From Alphaproteobacteria bacterium (GTDB lineage Bacteria; Pseudomonadota; Alphaproteobacteria; M2410): a stretch of DNA of 64,000 bases. The DNA lies in contig OZ252216.1 in NCBI GenBank assembly GCA_965248915.1, positions 1,297,288 to 1,361,287 of the forward strand, written 5' to 3'. The notes beneath the pieces are model-generated. The model made no database searches, was not told the DNA's origin, and was given only the letters and a program-made list of their open reading frames with translations. This document shows, piece after piece, positions 55,486-64,000 of the stretch; within the stretch, counting starts at the first letter, position 1; the number at the start of each line of letters is the position of its first letter. The position numbers and the translations under genes were made by a program.

Positions 55486-56577
55486 ATGAGACAAGTCTTC
55501 TTGTTGTTGTGTCTGATTTCAGCAATGGGCATGCTGATTGATGACGCGTTTGCCGTTCCCGGCATCCACATATCTGCACACGAATATCCCCAACCACCCG
55601 ACCGCATCAAGAGCTATGAGAATGCGGTCGAAAGATATGAGAGCGCTCTAAGAGAAGAAGGCCTCACAGACGATCAACTTGGTCACTTCGCATACCGCGC
55701 TGGCAATCACGCTTACGCTGTGTGGAGTTTCGAGGAAGCCAAGGCTTACTTTGATTCCAGTATTGCGTATTTTGAGTCCGCGCACGGCGAGAGGTCAGAA
55801 GCACTCCTAAAACCGCAATCCGGTTTGGTTCACGCAAACATACAGAGGTGGCGAAGAAACGAGATACGAAGTTCAAGCAAGAAACTAGAGAAAATTGTAA
55901 CCGCAAACTTCTCATATCCTAGCCCTGAAAGGTACGACTACTTTGTTCTACGCGCGCAATCGGCTTTTTCACTTCGTGAGCACCAATGGGCAAAAAACTA
56001 TCTGCAAAAAGCAATTGAAGATGCGATTGCTATTGGTGACGAAGTGCGGACCGCGGATGCATATGTAAAATTGGCGTGGATCATCTCCGGTAAATGGACA
56101 AACAGGGACAAGAAGCACCCAGAAGATTCGACAAAGCACCTTGTCGCCGCTGTTGCACTATACGAGAAGAACTTGCCGCTCAAGCACCCTAAGCGGATAC
56201 GCGCATACCGCAAGCTGCATACGAACTACATTATTCGCGGTCAAGGAGACAATGCGAGTAAGTATACGCAATACTACAACGGCGAATGGGGTGTGGATGA
56301 AATGAAGATTGGGCACCCCAGTTATAGCGAACCACCAAGGTTCCCAGATTCTGATTTGCGGATATACCCCTATGAATGGACTATTGTAGAGTTCACAGTT
56401 AAGAAAAACGGGGAGGTCTCAAACCCAATCATTGTTGACTCTGAACCGAAGCGTAAGAATGACAGAAGGTCCAAACACGTCGTTCAACAGCGGAAATTTG
56501 AACCCAAACTTGTTGATGGTATGCCAACTGAACGGCGAGAACGGATCCTAATTTCGTATGTCTACACCTCTAATTGA
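55486..56577 (+). CDS. Secreted TPR-like plus TonB C-terminal domain protein (paralogue 1)
   Basis: Signal peptide, helical repeats and PPRFP...VEFTVKKNGEVSNPIIVDSEP...FEPKLVDG. Confidence 0.75.
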   Translation: MRQVFLLLCLISAMGMLIDDAFAVPGIHISAHEYPQPPDRIKSYENAVERYESALREEGLTDDQLGHFAYRAGNHAYAVWSFEEAKAYFDSSIAYFESAHGERSEALLKPQSGLVHANIQRWRRNEIRSSSKKLEKIVTANFSYPSPERYDYFVLRAQSAFSLREHQWAKNYLQKAIEDAIAIGDEVRTADAYVKLAWIISGKWTNRDKKHPEDSTKHLVAAVALYEKNLPLKHPKRIRAYRKLHTNYIIRGQGDNASKYTQYYNGEWGVDEMKIGHPSYSEPPRFPDSDLRIYPYEWTIVEFTVKKNGEVSNPIIVDSEPKRKNDRRSKHVVQQRKFEPKLVDGMPTERRERILISYVYTSN

Positions 56578-56631
56578 CAGGCACAACACAAACTCGCGAA
56601 ATGGCGCGATAAGAGCTGGCTGAGAAACTAT

Positions 56632-57717
56632 ATGCGACACTATTTGATTTCGATCCTTTATCTCCTTGTCACAACTATCACATTTTCCGCGCCGGCAATC
56701 GCTTCCGACGCATATCAAGAATCGTATCAAGACTCCCAACGACTTGAACGGTCCGGCTCGACCTACGGCGCATTCGAGGTCGCACAACGGGCCTTTGAAC
56801 TCTCCGAGCAAGACGCATCCCTCTCATATGAGAAGAAGATTGAAGTCGCCCTTCATGCGGGCCGTTTGGCGCTACTGGTCGATGCGCCTTCATCAGCACT
56901 GTACTATTTTGAACGTGCCGCGTGGTACACAGAGTCTCTTTACGGCGTCGATGCACGTCAACTACTTGTCCCGTTGAGCGGTATACTAGAATCCGAAATT
57001 GGGCGCTATCCAAACTCTGATCGAGAGATCCGCGCCGCGATGAAGCGGTTGGACAAGGTTGCCGCAACACATCTTCGAACACCCAGTAAAGAAAGATTTG
57101 ACTACTACATGCTCAAGGCCCAAGCCCTCGCCACACTTCAAAACGGCCAAGGCGCACGAAACTACACAAGAAAGGCCGCCAATGATGCCGAGCACCTTGG
57201 TGATGTCATGCACATCGGCGATGCATACTCGCAATGGGGTCTTATTGAACTGCAATACAGGCAGCACACAAGGGCCATCAAAATGTTGAAGAAAGCCTTG
57301 GTCCAATATGAAACTGTACTTCCTCCAGGCGATGAGAAGATATTGAAAACCCACACAGCGATAGCGGTCGCCTACATCCGTGATCAACGAGCGGGCATGG
57401 CGACCGATCACATTCAATATGTCGGGATACATCAATCTGAAAAGGATCGAGACAACCCGGAGCCTCTTTATCAGCCGCCCGCAAAGTTTCCCCAACGTGC
57501 GGTCAGAATGCGTAAGAACGGTACGGTGACAATTCAATTTACGATTACTATTGAAGGACGGGTCGTCGATCCAGTAATTTTGGAGTCAGACCCTCCAGGC
57601 CTTTATGACGAACCCGCAAAGGCCATGGTCAAGCGATGGCGTTACGCACCCCGCGTCGTTGACGGAGAGTTTCGTGAAATGCGGCATACGGTATATTACA
57701 TGTTCACTGTTACTTAG
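56632..57717 (+). CDS. Secreted TPR-like plus TonB C-terminal domain protein (paralogue 2)
   Basis: Signal peptide, helical repeats and PAKFPQRA...GTVTIQFTITIEGRV..P.ILESDP...WRYAPRVVDG. Confidence 0.85.
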   Translation: MRHYLISILYLLVTTITFSAPAIASDAYQESYQDSQRLERSGSTYGAFEVAQRAFELSEQDASLSYEKKIEVALHAGRLALLVDAPSSALYYFERAAWYTESLYGVDARQLLVPLSGILESEIGRYPNSDREIRAAMKRLDKVAATHLRTPSKERFDYYMLKAQALATLQNGQGARNYTRKAANDAEHLGDVMHIGDAYSQWGLIELQYRQHTRAIKMLKKALVQYETVLPPGDEKILKTHTAIAVAYIRDQRAGMATDHIQYVGIHQSEKDRDNPEPLYQPPAKFPQRAVRMRKNGTVTIQFTITIEGRVVDPVILESDPPGLYDEPAKAMVKRWRYAPRVVDGEFREMRHTVYYMFTVT

Positions 57718-57743
57718 TCTCGTAGCTGACGCAGGACCACTAC

Positions 57744-58376
57744 ATGAGCACTCGCCCTCAGATAGACCACATCGTCTATGGCACCCACGACCTTGAACAA
57801 GGCATTCAGGCTATTGAAGGCCTGACCGGCGTTCGGGCCGAGTTCGGCGGTGCCCATGAAAGCTTCGGTACCCACAATGCCCTTATGTCACTCGGGTCCA
57901 GCATCTACCTTGAGATCATTGCGCCAGACCTGAGTCAACCAAAGCCTCAAACACCGCGACCCTTTGGGATTGATGATCTCAAACAGCCCGGCCTTGTCGG
58001 GTGGGTCGCCCATACCAACGACATTGAAGCGCAAGTTGCGGCTTCGATCGCAGATGGCTACAACCCAGGTGACGTTGTTGTGGCAAGCAGAACCAAACCA
58101 GATGGCGGTTCGGTATCTTGGAAGCTCACAGTTGGCGACCCTTTGTTTACAGGCGGCGCTGTTCCCTTTCTCATCGATTGGCGCGACGCTGACAGTCCAG
58201 CCCTCTCAACACCGAAGGGATGCGAGTTTCTTTCCTTGGAAATCTACTCATCCGAAGCAGATCACGTGAACAACTGCCTCAAGGCGTTGCAACTCGACAT
58301 ACGCGCCCAACCGTCCGAGCGATTTGAGCTGTCAGCGGAAATTATGACCCCAAAAGGGAAAGTCAAACTGAGCTAG
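57744..58376 (+). CDS. VOC / Glyoxalase_3 family protein
   Basis: IDHIV, GGAH..FGTHNAL, YLEIIAPD and PFLIDW. Confidence 0.9.
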   Translation: MSTRPQIDHIVYGTHDLEQGIQAIEGLTGVRAEFGGAHESFGTHNALMSLGSSIYLEIIAPDLSQPKPQTPRPFGIDDLKQPGLVGWVAHTNDIEAQVAASIADGYNPGDVVVASRTKPDGGSVSWKLTVGDPLFTGGAVPFLIDWRDADSPALSTPKGCEFLSLEIYSSEADHVNNCLKALQLDIRAQPSERFELSAEIMTPKGKVKLS

Positions 58377-58382
58377 TCCGGC

Positions 58383-58847
58383 CTACATCATCTTCTTCTT
58401 GATGAGATGGTCACAAGACAGCACTCCGGGTCCCCTGGCAATGAGATAGGTTAACGCGGTTGCCCAGGTCAAGTGAACGACCCATGCCTGCGGATAGACA
58501 AGAAACTGAATAACCAGTGTCATGATCAACAGCGCTGTCGCCCCAAACCGTGTAGCCAGACCTAAGATCAAAAGGACGGGAAAGAAGTGTTCCGCAAAGG
58601 CAGCCATGTGTGCGGCAAACACAGGCGAAATGAGAGGCAAGTCATATTCATATTCAAACAGGAAGATGGCCTGCTCGGTCACCTCAAATCCATTCACCTT
58701 GGTTTGGCCGGATTTCCAAAAAACGGTCGCCATGGATAGGCGCGCCATGATAGCAATCAGAGAGCCAGGAATATTGTCGGCCAGAGATACCGCACGGTTT
58801 ACAAGTCCTTTGAGTCCCGATTGGTTGTTGTTCGATACCATGGCCAT
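58383..58847 (-). CDS. DoxX family membrane protein (BufD-like)
   Basis: FWKSGQTK, LFEYEY, EHFFPVLLILGLATR and GPGVLSCDHL. Confidence 0.92.
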   Translation of the reverse strand: MAMVSNNNQSGLKGLVNRAVSLADNIPGSLIAIMARLSMATVFWKSGQTKVNGFEVTEQAIFLFEYEYDLPLISPVFAAHMAAFAEHFFPVLLILGLATRFGATALLIMTLVIQFLVYPQAWVVHLTWATALTYLIARGPGVLSCDHLIKKKMM

Positions 58848-58862
58848 CAAGGCCTCCCATTA

Positions 58863-59630
58863 CTAAGTGCTGAATGCTGTAAAAAGCTCGTTCGATAGAC
58901 CAGATGCCAAGATTTGGCTAAGGTCTAGGTTTGGGTCTTGTGCCGTCGCTGTAGCAAAGGCTTGTCCCAACGATTGGCCATCATGAAGCGCCGCCCAAAA
59001 AGAAAATTCACCCAAAGTGATTTCTTGAACCAACACCTCGAGACCAATTCTGATCATGAGAACATGCTCCGCTCCCTTGTCTAATGACAACGCCTCGGGC
59101 TCTTGATCGGATTGATGTGAGTGCCAGATGGCGTGGACAGGATACGCTGACGTGAGAAGTTGAAACGACGGATTAAAAGTAAACACTAGATTGACGATAT
59201 CTTCTGGCGCCAGATCTTGCACATCTGTCGGATCAAGCGGCAACACATCTTCAGCGTGAAAGGCTGCAAGCCATGCATATTCAAGCCGCGCCACATCCGC
59301 GAGGTAGGCGTGATTTTGAGCAGCTTCCAAGGCCTCTAGAAACTGCGGAAAGGTCTCGCCAAGTTCGAGCAAAATTGGGCTCTTCGGTGCGTGTGCCTTT
59401 ATGTATCCTCGCGCTGCGAACTTGAAAAAGTCTTCGCCAACCAGACGCCGTACAACTGGAAAGGTATCGCCTAAGGCCTCGATGAGACTGTGAAAAACGT
59501 TGTTCTGGTATACCTGCCAGCCAATTTGGGCGCGGGCACCCGATTCATCAAACAGGTCTGCCGGCACCTCAGCCTTTTGTGTGAGAACGCCCTCTTTGAA
59601 ATGCGTTTGGAATTTCATTAAATCAGGCAT
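58863..59630 (-). CDS. DUF2063 / RRE-like partner protein (BufC-like)
   Basis: VYQNNV, FPVVRRLVGEDFF and YLADVARLE; start overlaps the DUF692 stop. Confidence 0.9.
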   Translation of the reverse strand: MPDLMKFQTHFKEGVLTQKAEVPADLFDESGARAQIGWQVYQNNVFHSLIEALGDTFPVVRRLVGEDFFKFAARGYIKAHAPKSPILLELGETFPQFLEALEAAQNHAYLADVARLEYAWLAAFHAEDVLPLDPTDVQDLAPEDIVNLVFTFNPSFQLLTSAYPVHAIWHSHQSDQEPEALSLDKGAEHVLMIRIGLEVLVQEITLGEFSFWAALHDGQSLGQAFATATAQDPNLDLSQILASGLSNELFTAFST

Positions 59631-60519
59631 GGACCACACTCTGCGTGGCTTGTTCGAAGTGCCCACGACATCTCTCCATCACCATTTCCGCCATTTGGGC
59701 TTCAGACCTCAGAACTCGTAGTTCCGGAACGTCAGTATCCCACTCAATTAGTGTTGGCTTTGGTCCAATTCGACGAATAAGACGCTCATAGAGTGACCAG
59801 ACCTCGTTGCACACGGCAGACCCGTGATCGTCGATCAGGATTTCAATGCCGTCTCGCCGTTCATTCGCATGCCCAGCCAAGTGTATTTCGCCAACCAAGT
59901 TGCCTGGTACGCCGTCGATATAGCCCTTCGCGTCTCCGCCCACATTTTGACAGCTGACATAGACATTGTTGACATCAAACAACAGTCCGCAGCCAGTTCG
60001 GTTTGCGACAGAAAGGAGGAAATCCAACTCTTCAATCAGCGAGCCCTTAGGCGTCAAATAGGTCGAAGGGTTTTCAATGAGAATCTGTCGGCCCAACACG
60101 TCGTGCACTTGATCGATATGAGAACAAACGACCGCCAATGCCTCATCCGTATAATGGATCGGAAGAAGGTCATTAAGGTAGGCATCTTCCTGTCCTGTCC
60201 AAGCCAAATGTTCAGATACAAGTGCTGGGTCATATTTATCAACAACACTTTTGAGCCGCATGAGATGCGCGGTGTTCAACGGACCGGCTCCACCAATCGA
60301 CAGGCCGACACCATGAACAGACAGTGGATATTCTTCTCTCAACTTGGAGAGATAATAATGGGGCGAACCACCCGCCCCCATATAGTTCTCAGCATGAACC
60401 TCAAGCCAGGTGACACCTTCGCCACCCTCCAGCAATTCATGAAAGTGCTGTGGTTTCGCACCGATACCGGCCGAAGCCGGTATCGGAAATGAATGCGAGA
60501 TCCATTTTTCGTTTGTCAC
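59623..60519 (-). CDS. DUF692 multinuclear non-heme iron oxidase (MNIO, BufB-like)
   Basis: EVHAENY, HGVGLSIG, SEHL, ENP, DVNN, EIHLAGH, DDH and EWD. Confidence 0.95.
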   Translation of the reverse strand: MTNEKWISHSFPIPASAGIGAKPQHFHELLEGGEGVTWLEVHAENYMGAGGSPHYYLSKLREEYPLSVHGVGLSIGGAGPLNTAHLMRLKSVVDKYDPALVSEHLAWTGQEDAYLNDLLPIHYTDEALAVVCSHIDQVHDVLGRQILIENPSTYLTPKGSLIEELDFLLSVANRTGCGLLFDVNNVYVSCQNVGGDAKGYIDGVPGNLVGEIHLAGHANERRDGIEILIDDHGSAVCNEVWSLYERLIRRIGPKPTLIEWDTDVPELRVLRSEAQMAEMVMERCRGHFEQATQSVVHA

Positions 60520-60536
60520 AAGCTGGTCTCGATCAC

Positions 60537-60809
60537 TTAGGCGTCGGAAGCTTCCAAGCTACCACCAGTAAGCTTTTCGCATGTACCGGCAGGAACGAAG
60601 AGCCAAGCATTCCCTTGGCCATCTTCCGTAGACGTGCCAGCACAGGTGGTACCTGGGCCTGCAGCACAGTCATTGTGGCCAGCTTTGGCAACGCCGTAGC
60701 ATTTTTCCATGTCGTCTTTGCCTGCAAGAGCAGAACCTTGAGTAAGCGCAACCGCAGCGGTTAGCGCGCCTGCAATCGTAAGTGCAGTAGCTGTTTTGGT
60801 CATCGACAT
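60537..60809 (-). CDS. DUF2282 RiPP precursor (BufA1-type bufferin)
   Basis: Sec signal plus [24 protein letters not shown]...W..VPAGTCEK (4 Cys); AGGAG SD. Confidence 0.95.
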   Translation of the reverse strand: MSMTKTATALTIAGALTAAVALTQGSALAGKDDMEKCYGVAKAGHNDCAAGPGTTCAGTSTEDGQGNAWLFVPAGTCEKLTGGSLEASDA

Positions 60810-60835
60810 TTTGAACTCCTAATTCATTGTACAAA

Positions 60836-60861
60836 TACGCGAGGACGCGCATTGGGGTAGC
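60836..60861 (-). promoter_or_regulatory. Possible ECF (SigF-like) promoter of the bufferin operon
   Basis: GCTACC-N16-CGTA, a partial match to GTAACC-N16-CGAA. Confidence 0.3.
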
Positions 60862-60939
60862 GGCGCTATTTGAGCGCTCGGTGAGGGGAGTATGTAAGGG
60901 GAGTCGCAAGACATCAAATGACGAAAAGTCAAATATCGA

Positions 60940-63054
60940 TCACGCATTCTTGAAGTGCCTGTGAGGCAAGGGAACAAAGAGAATCAGCACCAAACCGATG
61001 GCGAGGACGACATTCAACACAAACCCCATGGGCCATAAGAGACAGATCGACAGCCCGGCGGTCAAAACCCGAGCTGGAACCGCCAAAACCCGTTCAGAAT
61101 ATCCTGACAGACTGGCCGTTAACCCATAGAGGCCAAGAGCAGAGAATATGAATACCGCGATCGCAGCCCACCAATTGGAGGAGATAAGTGGGGTAAAAGC
61201 CAGAAGCAATGGGATCACATAGATCCCCTTAGCAATGCGCCACGCCGCAAAGCCGGTCTTCATTGGTCTCGCCTCGGCAATCGCCGCTGCCGCGAAGGCA
61301 GCCAGACAGACAGGCGGCGTAACATTGCTATCCTGACTTAACCAGAAAACAATGAGATGCGCGGTCAAGAGCGTCACCGCCAATGTCGGCGCAGCTAAAG
61401 AACTATCAAAGACCAGTGACCGCATTTCTCCTGGCAACGCACCGAACAGCTCTCGTGCCTCAACTGAGGACATAGGTTGCCCGAGCAGCGCGGCGGAATC
61501 TGGCAAAGCTAAAAGGAACATCGCTCTTGCTTCTTCACCTAATTGACCAGCTTGCAAGAGATCCAGAACCTGCGAGGTCGCAAGAAGCTCAAAAAGTGCC
61601 GGCGCAGAAAGCGTGCCCAGGACAATGTAGGAAGCTGTCACTGGCAACCCCATACCAAGGACAAGAGAGGCAAGAGCAACAAGGATGATGGCCACCAGAA
61701 GACTTCCGCCAGCCCAATCCGTCATGAGTAATGAAATCGTATTGCCAAGTCCCGTCGCAGAAACAACCATGACAATAAGCCCAACCGCCACCAGCAACAT
61801 GGCTGTCGAAATCGCATTACGAACGCCAAGAGCGAGTGCCTCTGCAATCTCTTGCGCTTTCATCTTTCTGGGTCCAAGCCAACTCGACGCGATCACCGTG
61901 ACAATGCCGCCAGCCGCTGCAAATGTCGGCGTGAAGCCCAACATCAACAAGATGATAAGGGCAACAATTGGAAGTAGAAAGGTCATGCCTCCCCGCGCGA
62001 GAACTTGACGAACGCTCGCCACTTCAGCCTCTGAAGGCTTAAGGCCCAAGCGCTTGGCTTCGATACGCACCCAAAAACCCACGGTTAGAAAATAAAGAAG
62101 TGCTGGAAGAATGGAGACCGCAACAATCTGCGTGTACGGCAGCTGAGTATAGCTTGCCATGATGAAGGCCCCTGCCCCCATGATCGGCGGCATAACTTGC
62201 CCGCCTGTCGATGCGGCAGCTTCCACGCCGCCCGCGAAGGGTGAAGAGAACCCGGCTCTTTTCATCAAGGGGATCGTGATCACTCCGGTCGAAACTGTGT
62301 TGGCCACCGCTGAACCCGAAACCGTTCCCGTCAACGCAGAGGCCATGACCGCCACCAATCCAGGTCCGCCGGTGACACGACCTGCTACAGCTTGTGCAAG
62401 ATCAACAACAAAGTCGCCGGCGCCGGATCGGATGAGGAACGCGCCGAACAAAACGAACATGAATACATACGTCGCAGAGATACGCGCAATGTCGCCAAAC
62501 ATGCCGGAGGTTTCAAAATATGAGCGAAACAAAGCTGTTTCATATGTCAAACCGGGAAAATGAAACATGCCCCCAATCTCAGATCCCCACAGAACCAGGT
62601 AACTAAGCCCAACCATTGTAAGGACAGGAATAAACCAACCAGCAGCGCGTCGTGCAAGTTCGAGGACAAGCACTATGGCAATGATTGCAAAGACCCAGTC
62701 TCGGGTGACCAGGTGAACCCCGCGTTCATAAACACTGTCAAGTGAAAGGATGACGTAAATTGAAACCGCAACTGCCGCCAATGCAAAAAGGCCATCAACT
62801 ACTAGTGACACCCGCGGATGGCTTTGATCGAGCCTGCGTGAGAATGGATATGAGAATGCACAGACAAACGCCAATCCACCCCAATGCAAAGCAGACAGTG
62901 TCAGTTCCGGCAAAACCCCAAATGTGTTCGCATAGACATGGAAGACCGCAATAGCGACAGCAAACCAGAACAAACATCGTTCGAACCGCGGAAGCGCGTG
63001 CTGTCGTAACGAAAGAAACTGAGGTCTTTCTTGGTCGTCTACCTGCCGTGTCAC
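60940..63054 (-). CDS. TRAP transporter fused permease (4TM/12TM)
   Basis: SGSAVAN, EAAASTGGQVMPPIMGAGAF, LGMGLP and SNVTPPV. Confidence 0.95.
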   Translation of the reverse strand: MTRQVDDQERPQFLSLRQHALPRFERCLFWFAVAIAVFHVYANTFGVLPELTLSALHWGGLAFVCAFSYPFSRRLDQSHPRVSLVVDGLFALAAVAVSIYVILSLDSVYERGVHLVTRDWVFAIIAIVLVLELARRAAGWFIPVLTMVGLSYLVLWGSEIGGMFHFPGLTYETALFRSYFETSGMFGDIARISATYVFMFVLFGAFLIRSGAGDFVVDLAQAVAGRVTGGPGLVAVMASALTGTVSGSAVANTVSTGVITIPLMKRAGFSSPFAGGVEAAASTGGQVMPPIMGAGAFIMASYTQLPYTQIVAVSILPALLYFLTVGFWVRIEAKRLGLKPSEAEVASVRQVLARGGMTFLLPIVALIILLMLGFTPTFAAAGGIVTVIASSWLGPRKMKAQEIAEALALGVRNAISTAMLLVAVGLIVMVVSATGLGNTISLLMTDWAGGSLLVAIILVALASLVLGMGLPVTASYIVLGTLSAPALFELLATSQVLDLLQAGQLGEEARAMFLLALPDSAALLGQPMSSVEARELFGALPGEMRSLVFDSSLAAPTLAVTLLTAHLIVFWLSQDSNVTPPVCLAAFAAAAIAEARPMKTGFAAWRIAKGIYVIPLLLAFTPLISSNWWAAIAVFIFSALGLYGLTASLSGYSERVLAVPARVLTAGLSICLLWPMGFVLNVVLAIGLVLILFVPLPHRHFKNA

Positions 63055-63074
63055 GAAGTACTTTCTAGTTGATG

Positions 63075-64000
63075 TCAGTCGATGAGCATGGTTTCCGGCA
63101 CGTCGACGCCAGCCTCAACATAGTACCGTGCCGCCCCAGGGTGTAGAGGAACCGGTAAGCCAGCAATGGCTTTTTCAAGGGACATAGCCGTCGTCGCTTT
63201 GTGAATACCCCGCAAGAAACCCAAATTCTCATAGAGGGCTTTTGTTATCTCATAGACAGCGTCTTCAGAAACATCCTTTCGCGTCGCCAAGAAATTTGGT
63301 TGAGCGATGCTCCGCACCGGTTCGTCTTGCCCAGGATAGGTACCCGCTGGGATCTCAATCCCCGACCACAGTTTGCCGCCCGCGTTCGCCTTCTCAATCT
63401 GCTCGTCTGTGAAGGACAGCAGCGTGACCCCGTCTTTCAATGACGCGAAAGTTCGTGCCACGGCGCCAACTGGCGGTCCTGCTGGCAGATTCGTGGCAAC
63501 GACCGTTCCGTTTTGCATAGCATCCGCTGTCGGCCCATATCCCAAAAAGGCCAGGTCATATCGACTGTCGGGGTCAACACCGAGATTGTTCAAGAGCAAT
63601 GCCGTCGAGCCATAAGCACCTGAGTTCCGTTTCCCAATTGAAAATCTTCCGCTTTTCAAATTGATGAGATCATCGATGGTTCCAGTTTCGACATGCTTAG
63701 ACAACAATAAGAAGTGTTCAACATTCTGCCAAAGCATGGACACGGATCTGAGGTTTGAGTCAGGTCCTCTTGTTTCCAATGGTCCCGTACCGTTGTAGGC
63801 CCACTTGCCATAGAGACCCATGATGATCGCAAATTGTGCTTGGTCTTCAAAGAGCAGCTTCACATTCTCCGCAGAGCCCGCCGAGCTGATCGCCGACATC
63901 GCAATACCCTTGGAGGCCTGCAGCTTAACTTTGGTCAAAGTCGAGATCGCCACGCCAACCGGATAATAAGTACCACCGGTGGTTCCTGTGGCCAGGAGAT
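63075..64000 (-). CDS. TAXI-family TRAP solute receptor (5' end outside the window)
   Basis: ATGTTGGTYYPVG, SAGSAEN and PLHPGAARYY. Confidence 0.93.
   Translation of the reverse strand, partial: LLATGTTGGTYYPVGVAISTLTKVKLQASKGIAMSAISSAGSAENVKLLFEDQAQFAIIMGLYGKWAYNGTGPLETRGPDSNLRSVSMLWQNVEHFLLLSKHVETGTIDDLINLKSGRFSIGKRNSGAYGSTALLLNNLGVDPDSRYDLAFLGYGPTADAMQNGTVVATNLPAGPPVGAVARTFASLKDGVTLLSFTDEQIEKANAGGKLWSGIEIPAGTYPGQDEPVRSIAQPNFLATRKDVSEDAVYEITKALYENLGFLRGIHKATTAMSLEKAIAGLPVPLHPGAARYYVEAGVDVPETMLID

Overview
64 kb of a moderate-GC alphaproteobacterial chromosome. The gene content suggests an oligotrophic, lipid- or terpenoid-degrading lineage, but I cannot resolve the taxonomy further. Bases 1-19.3 kb hold the conserved translation/transcription supercluster on the minus strand: tRNA-Tyr, tRNA-Gly, tuf, tRNA-Trp, secE, nusG, rplKAJL, rpoBC, rpsLG, fusA, a second tuf, rpsJ and rplC. 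The rest mixes housekeeping genes (rlmB, metG, tRNA-Thr, glpK, moaA, NAD kinase) with accessory genes. Main points of interest: (i) a lesioned colicin-M-like toxin plus a DUF3997-like lipoprotein, a candidate toxin-immunity pair (52.9-54.0 kb); (ii) a CYP108-like P450 in an operon with a rubredoxin missing from the ORF track and a LysE exporter; (iii) a 14-codon uORF with alternative base pairings upstream of an ABC exporter; (iv) a complete bufferin-type RiPP cluster (DUF2282-DUF692-DUF2063-DoxX); (v) tandem secreted TPR-TonB_C paralogues. Several accessory genes carry single-base indels in short homopolymers, which may be long-read errors or real decay. No CRISPR array, rRNA, transposase or integrase was seen. 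All family calls come from motif recognition by eye, not from database searches.
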